Translations under genes and position numbers: made by a program
Notes under the pieces: model-generated
Database searches by the model: none
What the model was told of the DNA's origin: nothing
What the model saw: the letters and a program-made list of their open reading frames with translations, nothing else
From: a bacterium
Lineage (GTDB): Bacteria; Patescibacteriota; Minisyncoccia; UBA6257; JACOXY01
Length of the DNA: 32,895 nucleotides
Direction of reading: 5' to 3'
NCBI GenBank assembly: GCA_030680955.1
Contig: JAUXUB010000031.1
Location: 1 to 32,895 of the forward strand
Shown here: positions 24,499-32,895 of the stretch, in pieces
How the letters are laid out: each line of letters begins with the position of its first letter
Position numbering within the stretch: position 1 is the stretch's first letter

Positions 24499-25212
24499 AT
24501 GAGACCACAAATTGTACCAGGAAATATTTATCATATTTTAAATAGGGGTGTGGATAAACGTAAAATATTTCTAGATGATATGGATTATCTTAGATTTATT
24601 CACGATCTTTTTGAGTTTAATGATGAAAATCCCTCGCTAAGTAATAGCCACCTTTTCAAAGCAATAAAAACATTCGAACCCCAATATTCGGACTTGCGAA
24701 GTCCGAATATTAGTAGGGAACCAAGAAAACTATTAGTGGAAATTTTAGTTTTTTGTTTAATGCCTAATCATTATCATCTTATGGTCAGACCTTTAACTGA
24801 GAAGGGATTGGTAAAATTCATTAAAAAACTAAATATTGGTTACGCCAATTACTTTAATCAAAAATATGAAAGGAGTGGAGCATTATTCCAAGGACGATAT
24901 AAATCAATTGCAATTACAAACGATGCGCATTTTATACATCTTCCATACTATATCCATATGAATCCATTAGATCTATATATGCCAGAGTGGCGCAAGAGGG
25001 AACTTAAAGACTACAATAATGCATTTGCTTTTTTAGAAAAATATAGGTGGAGTAGTTTTCAGGATTATATTGGAAAAAAGAATTTCCCATCAATTACACA
25101 GAGAGATTTCTTATTAAAATTCTTTAATGGACCAGAAGAACATAAAAAATCAATACTTAAGTGGTTAAAAGATTTTGATCCTGAAGAAACAAGGGCCTTG
25201 ACACTCGAATAG
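24499..25212 (+). CDS. REP-associated tyrosine transposase (RAYT, HUH Y1 family)
   Basis: YHILNRG...IF, CLMPNHYHL (HUH), GALFQGRYK, YIHMNP (catalytic Tyr), YRWSS; flanked by palindromes. Confidence 0.92.
   Translation: MRPQIVPGNIYHILNRGVDKRKIFLDDMDYLRFIHDLFEFNDENPSLSNSHLFKAIKTFEPQYSDLRSPNISREPRKLLVEILVFCLMPNHYHLMVRPLTEKGLVKFIKKLNIGYANYFNQKYERSGALFQGRYKSIAITNDAHFIHLPYYIHMNPLDLYMPEWRKRELKDYNNAFAFLEKYRWSSFQDYIGKKNFPSITQRDFLLKFFNGPEEHKKSILKWLKDFDPEETRALTLE
24683..24711. repeat. REP palindrome inside the transposase ORF (in frame)
   Basis: AATATTCGGACTTGCGAAGTCCGAATATT, read as QYSDLRSPNI. Confidence 0.93.
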
Positions 25213-25213
25213 G

Positions 25214-25244
25214 CAATATTCGGACTTGCGAAGTCCGAATATTG
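25214..25244. repeat. REP palindrome (right of transposase)
   Basis: Identical 31-mer starting 1 nt after the stop codon. Confidence 0.93.
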
Positions 25245-25302
25245 AAATAAGATAGAAAAGAGAATTGTGTAGATAAAAGCAAAAAGGAATTTTGCTTTAT
25301 GC

Positions 25303-25335
25303 TTTATATTCTGGTTTCGCAAACCCGAATATAAA
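25303..25335. repeat. Degenerate opposite-orientation REP copy
   Basis: Reverse complement TATATTCGGGTTTGCGAAACCAGAATATA resembles the REP; another hairpin lies at 25273-25300. Confidence 0.6.
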
Positions 25336-25359
25336 AAGGAAGGAGAGAGACTAGGAAAA

Positions 25360-28300
25360 TTAACGGGGGCGGGGTTGTTTGAGTTGCTCAAGGATATTCA
25401 AGCGGTCTTTTAGGAAATTATTTTTTATTTTAAGTTCGCGCAATGATTCAATTGCGTGCATCAAGAAAGCGGTGCCATAATCAACTCGCTTGAAACCTTT
25501 ATCGTCAGTTGAAACCAGTTCTGGGAATACTTTTTCTACGTCTTGCGCAATTAAACCAAGATTTTGAGATTCACCTTTTAAATGTAATTGAGGATATTCA
25601 TTAGCGCGCCAATTGAAATATGTCGGCTTTAATTGAATGAGTTTATCTAAAGAGCCAGTAAGCGGAATAAGATTTTTCTTGAGGCGTAAATCAGAATTGC
25701 AAGTTCCAACTGGAGAGCCAGGCGTCATAGGAGTTGAGGTGGCACGAACACCATCAAATCTTTTAACGCAACCGAACGACCCAGAAGTACCAATGCGCAT
25801 ATCACCACTTATCATAAGTGCTTGACTAGGTTCAACATTTCCAATTCCAACGAAACCAGAGGCACTTAATGTCATTAGATTTGTGAAAGACGAAGACATA
25901 ACCCTAAGGTAATTGTTATTTGCTGGCCCACTACCGTAAAAATCAGCCACGGCAACAAAAGTGTTATCGCCATAAGCAACACCGCGCCAATCGTTATCAG
26001 CTGGATTAAGCCGGGATGTCCACGTAATTCCATCAGGCGAGGTCATAATACGATTACCTGAACCACCAGTACTTACGGCTACAAATAAACCACTGCCATA
26101 AGCGATTGCTTGCCAATTATTATCAGCCGCAGCGATTCGCATAGTCCATGTTCCAGTTCTTCCTGTAGGCGAAGTCATAACTGCATTTAAATCACCTACA
26201 GCAGTGTTCGCCACAGCCACAAAAGTGGTGGTGGCGACACCATTTATAATTGGAGTGCCGTAAGTTACGGCTTTCCACAATTTATCTAATGTAGGCGAGG
26301 CAGTTGCTTGCAATGCCCAAGTTATGCCATTGGGCGAAGTCATAACTCGTTGACCCAATCCATCTTTTGAAACGGCCACAAAAGTGGTGGTGGCGACACC
26401 ATTTATAATTGGAGTGCCGTAAGTGACAGATTGCCATGAATTGTCTGGGGTGGCGGCACCAACAAAAGACCAATCTTGACCATTATTAGTTGAATACATA
26501 GCATGTTTTGTGCCTCCAGTACTTGCTACAGCAACAAAAGTTGGAGTTTTAATAGTATTTATAATTGGTTCGCCATAAGTAACAGATTGCCAATTTGCGT
26601 CTCCATCAATCTCTATATCTGGGGATAGTGCCCAAATAATACCATCAAGCGAAGTCATAACACGGTCACCACGACCAAGCGTGCCATCATTTGCCACAGC
26701 CACAAAGACTCCATTGCCATATGTAACAGATTGCCATGGATGACTAGGGGGGGTGTCATTTGACTTGCGGGTGGTCCAAGCTATGCCATCGGGAGAGGTC
26801 ATAACTCTACTATTTGTTCCATCACTTGCAACGGCTACAAAAAGACCCTCACCATAAGTGACAGATTGCCATTTGTCATTATCCGGAGTAACTTGTTCTG
26901 CCCAGCTTCCATTAAAAACCGTCGCAGTCATTGCTTGATAACCAGAAGTATCACCAACAGCCACAAAAGTATTATTGGCATAAGTAACGCTATTCCAAGT
27001 ATTAATTGGAGACGTAGCCCTTGTTGTCCAAGTGATACCATCAGATGAGTACATAACACGCGTGGTAGGCAAATTAGAAGCTACCGCTACAAAACCACCA
27101 TTGCCGTAAACAACAGACTTCCAACTATGTGCAGTAGTCGTATTCCCGGGAAACCAACTATTACCATCAGTCGAATACATCGCCTGCCCACCAGTTTCCA
27201 CGGCTACAAAACGATTAAGAACACTACTAAAAGCGATAGAAGACCAAGCTTTTGATTTGGTATCAGCGTCAGTGCTAAGAGTCCAATTAGTTTTGCCATT
27301 AAGAGACCACATAGCGCGTCCATTAGCACCGCTAGATGACACAGCGACAAAGCGATCAGTGCCATAAGTAACAGACTCCCAATTGTAGTTTTCGGGAGAA
27401 ACTCTATTTGTCCATGGATCAGTTATTCCCCCATCCGATGAAGTCATTATGTTATTATTAGAAGTCGCACCAACAGCCACGAAGAGATCATTGCCATACG
27501 TTACGCTTTGCCAAGTGCCAGCGGTAGTAGTCGCGCGAGTTGTCCAAATTATGCCATCAGGAGAAGTCATAACACGATTATCAACACCGTTTGAAGATAC
27601 CGCTACAAAAAGACCATTTGGTGTTGCACCGCTTGAACCACTTTTACCAAAAGCTACAGATTTCCAATTATTATTAGCTGGAGTAACGCGATTTGTCCAG
27701 TTAACACCATCAGGAGAAGTCATAACATGATTAAAATTACCTGCGGAACTGCCATTTGCCACTGCTACGAAAAGACCATTACCATATGTTACAGAATTCC
27801 AAGAGCCATTATTGGGTGTAGTACGAGAAGTCCAATCATTGCCTATCGCATTATTGCCACCAAGTTGAAGATGTAGAGTGTTATCATTTTTAGCACTCAA
27901 AATCCAAAAAGGATTAGACTGACTCAAGGGCACCCCACTATAAAAGAGAGTCATCGCTGGAGTAGAACCATAAATTTGCAAACTGGTCTGCGGAGTTGTT
28001 GTACCAATTCCTACATTGCCACTGGCACTAATACTTAACCCTCCACTGCCTTTGGTAGACATAGAAATATAGCCATTGCTCCCCGCACCACCAGCAAGCA
28101 ACCGAATGCCTTTTATAATTGAAGTTGTACTAGACCCAATTTCAATTTGGTCTAATGCATTGACATTTAAAATTGGCTGGTTGCTGCCAGTAAAAAATCT
28201 TCCAAAAATCGGCTGGTTATTACTGTCTATAAATAATGAACCAGATTGAGGATCCCCACGAGTTACGGTACCAGAACCCCCAAAAATAGTTGCCCCTTGC

Positions 28301-30312
28301 GTAACGTGGAGCGCGGCTCCAGGAGTCGTTGTTCCAATTCCCAAAATTCCAGTGCTACTGCCCATTATACTCATACCACCTTGGAAGATATTATTGTGCG
28401 GAGTTATTTGGTAGTCAGCTTTGCCGGAAATCATAACACATCTACTCGGCCCACCACTTTTACAAGACGTAGCATTATTATATGAAGTCACAGCTACAAA
28501 AATACCATTGCCGTAGGTGACGGAATCCCAAGCATTGTCAGCAGCAGAATTGCGAAGAGTCCAATTGATACCATCTGACGAAGTCATAACACGATTCCCA
28601 GTGCCAGTAGGCGCTACAGCAACAAAAAGACCATTGCCGTAGGTGACGGAATTCCAAGCATTGTTGACTGGGGTAATACTAGAAATCCATGGGATAGTTC
28701 TGCCACCATCAGGTGAAGTCATTGCTTGATTAGGGCTACCATTTCCAGCAACAGCCACAAATAAACCATTGCCGTAGGTGACGGAATTCCATAAGATTTG
28801 AGGAGGGTTAGTTATTGGGAATGACCAATTAATACCATCCAAGGAATACATAACTCTTTGGGCGCCAGAAGAAGCCACAGCTACAAAGAGACCATTGCCG
28901 TAGATGATAGAAAACCATTGATTATTTGCGGGTGTATCACGAAGAGTCCAATTAATACCATCTGGTGAAGTCATAACACATTTATCTTGGCCAGCCATGC
29001 AAGTACCATAATCACTTTCCATTACAACCACAAACAAGCCATTGCCATAGGTTATATACCGCAAATAATTTAGGGCGGAATTGCGACGAGTCCAATTGAT
29101 ACCATCTGGTGAAGTCATAACTCCATTACTAACACCAATCCCAGCCACTGCAACAAATAAACCATTGCCATAGGTAACAGATCGCCATCCAAGATCTGCG
29201 GCAGAATCACGAGCAGTCCAATTTATGCCATCTGGTGAAGTCATGACGCGTTGCCCAGCAACAGCACCATTATCTGCCACAGCAACAAATAAACCATTGC
29301 CATAGGTAATCCCAATCCAATTTTTATCAGTTGAGGTTGAAAGAGTCCACTCCGTTCCCTTCGAAATAATATTTCCAACTACTTCTAATTTTTCACCAGG
29401 AATCCATGTAGTATTTGTCCCGATTAAAACGTTACCGCTTGTGCTTGCTATAGTTAAAATATCTTTTTCCAATCCCGTAGTACTCGCGAGTATCCGAAAA
29501 TTATTCTGAAAATTATCTAGAACGAAATACTTATTGCTAGAAGTTCCCAAAAGCTTTAGCTGGCCGCCTTCATCGGCAGAATTTATATTACCCAGGACCA
29601 AACGATCAGAAGAATCATCTACATCTGGCTGTACATCTCTTGCAGTACTTACTCCAATTCCCACAACACCAGAAAATCTTGCATTCCTCCATCTTAGAAG
29701 TGTAGTGGTAGAGCCAATGTTTTGCGTGTCGGAAACCAAAGGAACTAAATTATCATCAAAAACTGCCGCGGTAATTCTGTCTAGTGTCGTAACAAATTGT
29801 TTTGTTGATGAGCTTACGCCCGTAGCAGTAGGATTATAATAAAGCGTAAAACTTACTTGAACTGCATCTTTGGAAGGCGGATTAAAAATTCTTATAAATG
29901 AAACGGTACTGGAGACAACAGAAACTTTATCTGTTGTAAGGAGAGAAGTGGAAGCTGTACCTATTCCATATAAAGTTGAGGATCCTGTATCCATATACAT
30001 ATTTGTTCCAGAGGCATAGTAAACAACATAATCACGACTACTTGACGCGAACCTTAAAACTAATTTTGGAGATGGGGTGGAAGTGGAAATATCTATAATA
30101 CTTGAATCTCTAACATCGCGACTTATTCTCTCTAAAATAAATCTAGCTTGTTCAGAAACTTCTCGCGCTGAAGTACTTTCATTTTGAATTCTAAGAGTAG
30201 TAAGAAGTGTGCCAACTGCAAGGCCTGCCACAATTACAACAATGCCAGTATATAAAATAGCCTCTAATAATGTGAAACCGTTATTTATTTTGTTTAATTT
30301 TATGTAATTCAT
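25360..30312 (-). CDS. Giant type IV pilin-anchored fibre adhesin: prepilin N-terminus, fibre shaft, three 7-repeat propeller modules, C-terminal Peptidase S74 chaperone
   Basis: NG|FTLLEAILY N-methylation motif; GNVGIGTTTP-type shaft motifs; 21 W..VTYGNGLFVAV...MTSPDG..W repeats; SDLRLKKN...GLIAQDVEKVFPELV...VDY plus coiled coil. Start is ATG 30312 or GTG 30324. Confidence 0.88.
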   Translation of the reverse strand: MNYIKLNKINNGFTLLEAILYTGIVVIVAGLAVGTLLTTLRIQNESTSAREVSEQARFILERISRDVRDSSIIDISTSTPSPKLVLRFASSSRDYVVYYASGTNMYMDTGSSTLYGIGTASTSLLTTDKVSVVSSTVSFIRIFNPPSKDAVQVSFTLYYNPTATGVSSSTKQFVTTLDRITAAVFDDNLVPLVSDTQNIGSTTTLLRWRNARFSGVVGIGVSTARDVQPDVDDSSDRLVLGNINSADEGGQLKLLGTSSNKYFVLDNFQNNFRILASTTGLEKDILTIASTSGNVLIGTNTTWIPGEKLEVVGNIISKGTEWTLSTSTDKNWIGITYGNGLFVAVADNGAVAGQRVMTSPDGINWTARDSAADLGWRSVTYGNGLFVAVAGIGVSNGVMTSPDGINWTRRNSALNYLRYITYGNGLFVVVMESDYGTCMAGQDKCVMTSPDGINWTLRDTPANNQWFSIIYGNGLFVAVASSGAQRVMYSLDGINWSFPITNPPQILWNSVTYGNGLFVAVAGNGSPNQAMTSPDGGRTIPWISSITPVNNAWNSVTYGNGLFVAVAPTGTGNRVMTSSDGINWTLRNSAADNAWDSVTYGNGIFVAVTSYNNATSCKSGGPSRCVMISGKADYQITPHNNIFQGGMSIMGSSTGILGIGTTTPGAALHVTQGATIFGGSGTVTRGDPQSGSLFIDSNNQPIFGRFFTGSNQPILNVNALDQIEIGSSTTSIIKGIRLLAGGAGSNGYISMSTKGSGGLSISASGNVGIGTTTPQTSLQIYGSTPAMTLFYSGVPLSQSNPFWILSAKNDNTLHLQLGGNNAIGNDWTSRTTPNNGSWNSVTYGNGLFVAVANGSSAGNFNHVMTSPDGVNWTNRVTPANNNWKSVAFGKSGSSGATPNGLFVAVSSNGVDNRVMTSPDGIIWTTRATTTAGTWQSVTYGNDLFVAVGATSNNNIMTSSDGGITDPWTNRVSPENYNWESVTYGTDRFVAVSSSGANGRAMWSLNGKTNWTLSTDADTKSKAWSSIAFSSVLNRFVAVETGGQAMYSTDGNSWFPGNTTTAHSWKSVVYGNGGFVAVASNLPTTRVMYSSDGITWTTRATSPINTWNSVTYANNTFVAVGDTSGYQAMTATVFNGSWAEQVTPDNDKWQSVTYGEGLFVAVASDGTNSRVMTSPDGIAWTTRKSNDTPPSHPWQSVTYGNGVFVAVANDGTLGRGDRVMTSLDGIIWALSPDIEIDGDANWQSVTYGEPIINTIKTPTFVAVASTGGTKHAMYSTNNGQDWSFVGAATPDNSWQSVTYGTPIINGVATTTFVAVSKDGLGQRVMTSPNGITWALQATASPTLDKLWKAVTYGTPIINGVATTTFVAVANTAVGDLNAVMTSPTGRTGTWTMRIAAADNNWQAIAYGSGLFVAVSTGGSGNRIMTSPDGITWTSRLNPADNDWRGVAYGDNTFVAVADFYGSGPANNNYLRVMSSSFTNLMTLSASGFVGIGNVEPSQALMISGDMRIGTSGSFGCVKRFDGVRATSTPMTPGSPVGTCNSDLRLKKNLIPLTGSLDKLIQLKPTYFNWRANEYPQLHLKGESQNLGLIAQDVEKVFPELVSTDDKGFKRVDYGTAFLMHAIESLRELKIKNNFLKDRLNILEQLKQPRPR

Positions 30313-30334
30313 ACTTGTTGCCACTAATTAATTT

Positions 30335-30383
30335 ATCCCGTTAGAAGTAGGACTCGAAACGAGTCCGCAACTTCTAATGGGAT
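30335..30383. mobile_element. Short ATCCCGTTAGAAGT...ACTTCTAATGGGAT element
   Basis: 14-bp inverted ends (1 mismatch) with inner GGACTCG-AAA-CGAGTCC hairpin; overlaps the stop of the upstream gene. Confidence 0.75.
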
Positions 30384-32895
30384 TCCAACGCCTTTATTCG
30401 CGCTTGGATAGAATCATTTTCTGCGTTTAGTTCTGTAACCGATTGGATTACACGCATTAAAAGATCCGAGCTGTAGTTAACTCTCTTAAATCCGTCTTCG
30501 CCAGTTGAAACCAGTTCTGGGAATACTTTTTCTACGTCTTGCGCTATTAAGCCAAGATTTGTTATATCACCGCTTAGATATAACTGTGGAAATTCATCAG
30601 CACGCCAATTAAAATATGTTGGTTTTAATTCCACAAGTTTATCTAGCGAGCCAACTAGTGGTACAAGATTTTTCTTAATGCGGAGGTCGGAAGGGCAAGC
30701 CCCCCACCAAGAAGTATAGTTAAAGTTTTTAACACAACCTGATGCCGCAGAAGTGCCAATGCGCACATCGCCAAAAACTTGAAGTTTATCAGCTGGGGTC
30801 GAAGTTCCAATCCCAACATTGCCATTTTTATCAATTACTAAATTAGCTTTATAAAAAGAATAGTCTTTAGTGGTTTCAATATAAAAATAACCGCTGCTGC
30901 TGGCGCGAAATACCCAAGCTGGATTGCCATCACCTAAAGGTGCATCGCTATCAAAAAAAGATAGGCGCGGATTAGAACTTACAATTTGTAAAATACTCTG
31001 TGGTGATGTTGTTCCAATTCCCACCCTACCACTTGAGTCAATTGTCATTCTTGGAGCGACGTTGCCATTAGTCCAAAAAGAAATAGTACTTGATGGTGTA
31101 GCGCCAGAACCATTGCCGGCAAGCAACCGAATTCCTTTTATAACCGAATCATTTGTGCTAGTTCCAATATCAATTTGATCGGCTGAATTAACATTCAAAA
31201 TAGGGCGATGGTAGCCTAATCCACCCCCACCAATAAACTTCCCCATAATTGGCTGATTATTAGTATTCAAAAATAGTGAACCTGTTTGAGAATCAGTTCG
31301 AGTTACAGTAGATGTCCCACCAATAATAACACCGCCAACAATATGGAGTGCTCCTTCAGGAGTTGTTGTGCCAATACCTAAAATTCCATTGCTCGGCCCC
31401 ATAATGCTCATCCCTCCTTGGTAGATGTTATTAGTTGGAGTTATTTGATAGTCTAGTTTGCCGGAGACAATTACCTTTTCATTCACATCCATATAAGACA
31501 CGGCTATGAAGAGTCCATTACCATAAGTAACGTCATTCCAATGTCCCGAAAAAGGCGTGGTGCGAAGCGTCCAATTGAAACCATCAGGTGAAGTCAAAAT
31601 ACATTTAGGTGCGCCTCCAGCGCAAGGTGCATAACCATACATCCCAGCCACAAAGAGACCGTTGCCGTACGTAGGTGGACCTAAGGTTGAAGCGGGTGTG
31701 TTTCTAGGTAACCAATCGATACCATTTGATGAAGTCATTACACAATTATATGGGCTTGCTCCACAATCCCACGCCGTCGACACAAATTTTCCATTGCCAA
31801 AAGTAACCCCATTCCATTCACCTGTTGGAGTAACATTACTTAAATTCCAAATAGCGCCATCCATAGAATACATAGCACGTTTAGTAGCATTAAAACCACC
31901 GCCATTTGCCACAGCTACAAAGCGCCCATTTCCATAAATAATATCACTCCAAATATTAGTTGGCGTAGTTATAGGCGTCCAATTGATACCATCAGGACTA
32001 GTCATGACACAATTACTCTGAGCTACCGATGGTAAACATGAGGTACTTGCTTCCTGACCAGCTACGGCTACAAATAAGCCATTACCATAAGTTACTGAAT
32101 ACCAAGCAGATGCGGCGGCAGCTGCACGAAGCGTCCAATTTTTACCGTCAGGCGAAGTCATGATACATCTATTATCAACGCCTTTCTTACAAGTACCAAA
32201 AGTAGAAGTTGCGACAGCCATAGCTACATAAAGTCCATTGCCGTAAGTGACAGTATTCCATAAATTACTAGCAGGAATAGTACTTGTTGCCCAATTCATA
32301 CCATCAGAGCTTGTCATAACACAATATTGTGTACCAGCAGCTTTCGTGCAAGGCGCTGTACCAGAGTTTGCACTAGCAACAGCAACAAAAATTCCATTAC
32401 CATAAATAACAGATTTCCAATCTTGTCTAACTGGTATGTTATTACTTGCTTTCCACTCCGTCCCTTTGGAAATAATATTTCCAACTACTTCTAGTTTTTC
32501 GCTTGGTGCCATAGTAGATGAAGTTCCAATTAAAACATTTCCGTAATCTGTTACGCTTAATCTTGTTGATAATTGCCCTGTGCTTGTGGTCATTATTCGC
32601 AAAGTATTACTTGAGTTATCAATTACTGTATATTGGCCAGCAAGTGGTCCCAAGAGTTTTAATTGTCCACCCTCGGACGAAGTTAAAGGATTTATTGGGC
32701 CTAAAACCATTCTATCAGAATAATTTATCCCTTCCTCAAACGAAAATAGTGTGGCACCATCAAAATCTTTCCCAACCCCAATATTTCCAGTAAAACGGCC
32801 ATTCTTCCACTGTTTTAAATTCGTGCCAACATTTTTTTGATTCCCACTTTGCTGTGGAATTAAATCAGAATCAAAAACAGATGCGAAAACATTAC
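30374..32895 (-). CDS. Paralogous fibre adhesin with one 7-repeat module and C-terminal Peptidase S74 chaperone (5' end outside window)
   Basis: Frame stays open from 32710 to the window edge (ASVFDSDLIP...NVGT...WKNGRFTGNIGVG, matching AAVFDDNLVP...WRNARFSGVVGIG of the neighbour); SDLRIKKN...GLIAQDVEKVFPELV. Confidence 0.88.
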   Translation of the reverse strand, partial: NVFASVFDSDLIPQQSGNQKNVGTNLKQWKNGRFTGNIGVGKDFDGATLFSFEEGINYSDRMVLGPINPLTSSEGGQLKLLGPLAGQYTVIDNSSNTLRIMTTSTGQLSTRLSVTDYGNVLIGTSSTMAPSEKLEVVGNIISKGTEWKASNNIPVRQDWKSVIYGNGIFVAVASANSGTAPCTKAAGTQYCVMTSSDGMNWATSTIPASNLWNTVTYGNGLYVAMAVATSTFGTCKKGVDNRCIMTSPDGKNWTLRAAAAASAWYSVTYGNGLFVAVAGQEASTSCLPSVAQSNCVMTSPDGINWTPITTPTNIWSDIIYGNGRFVAVANGGGFNATKRAMYSMDGAIWNLSNVTPTGEWNGVTFGNGKFVSTAWDCGASPYNCVMTSSNGIDWLPRNTPASTLGPPTYGNGLFVAGMYGYAPCAGGAPKCILTSPDGFNWTLRTTPFSGHWNDVTYGNGLFIAVSYMDVNEKVIVSGKLDYQITPTNNIYQGGMSIMGPSNGILGIGTTTPEGALHIVGGVIIGGTSTVTRTDSQTGSLFLNTNNQPIMGKFIGGGGLGYHRPILNVNSADQIDIGTSTNDSVIKGIRLLAGNGSGATPSSTISFWTNGNVAPRMTIDSSGRVGIGTTSPQSILQIVSSNPRLSFFDSDAPLGDGNPAWVFRASSSGYFYIETTKDYSFYKANLVIDKNGNVGIGTSTPADKLQVFGDVRIGTSAASGCVKNFNYTSWWGACPSDLRIKKNLVPLVGSLDKLVELKPTYFNWRADEFPQLYLSGDITNLGLIAQDVEKVFPELVSTGEDGFKRVNYSSDLLMRVIQSVTELNAENDSIQARIKALESH

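Noticed and set aside
24450-25244. CRISPR array from three identical ~30-bp palindromes
   Set aside because: Spacing is about 200 and 500 bp, the intervening DNA is a transposase ORF, and there are no cas genes.
25890-32465. Diversity-generating retroelement TR/VR pair
   Set aside because: No reverse transcriptase in the window, repeats are all coding, and differences are not visibly adenine-specific.
255-32793. Short antisense or alternate-frame ORFs overlapping the annotated genes
   Set aside because: No motifs; they are shadows of well-supported genes.
25360-32895. Prophage tail region
   Set aside because: No capsid, terminase, baseplate or integrase genes in the window; the complete gene starts with a prepilin motif.

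Overview
AT-rich bacterial chromosomal window that looks like a Patescibacteria/CPR (Parcubacteria-like) genome. This is inferred from the split transketolase, extended -10 promoters just upstream of start codons, short HicB/HicA pairs, giant pilin-anchored proteins and dense mini-repeats. The left half (minus strand) is a central-carbon cluster (gap, rpiB, rpe, split tkt, PfkB kinase, a 422-aa unknown, class II fba) interrupted by toxin-antitoxin islets, surface and membrane proteins and three stand-alone receiver domains. The middle holds a GT-C glycosyltransferase, DUF192, a degenerate GlgA, TrmH, PduO, RlpA, tRNA-Arg(TCG), tRNA-Lys(CTT) and recG. These are followed by a REP-associated tyrosine transposase with its own palindrome on both flanks and in-frame inside its ORF. 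The right end has two tandem giant fibre genes; the complete one joins a type IV prepilin N-terminus to a phage-fibre-like shaft, three plug-in 7-repeat propeller modules and a Peptidase-S74 self-cleaving chaperone. Other highlights are two fossil alternative 3' ends stacked behind the transketolase gene, and several families of palindromes, MITEs and heptamer arrays that sit in-frame in housekeeping genes (rpe, recG, pfkB, trmH, glgA) or supply start and stop codons. All calls come from manual reading of motifs; no searches were run.
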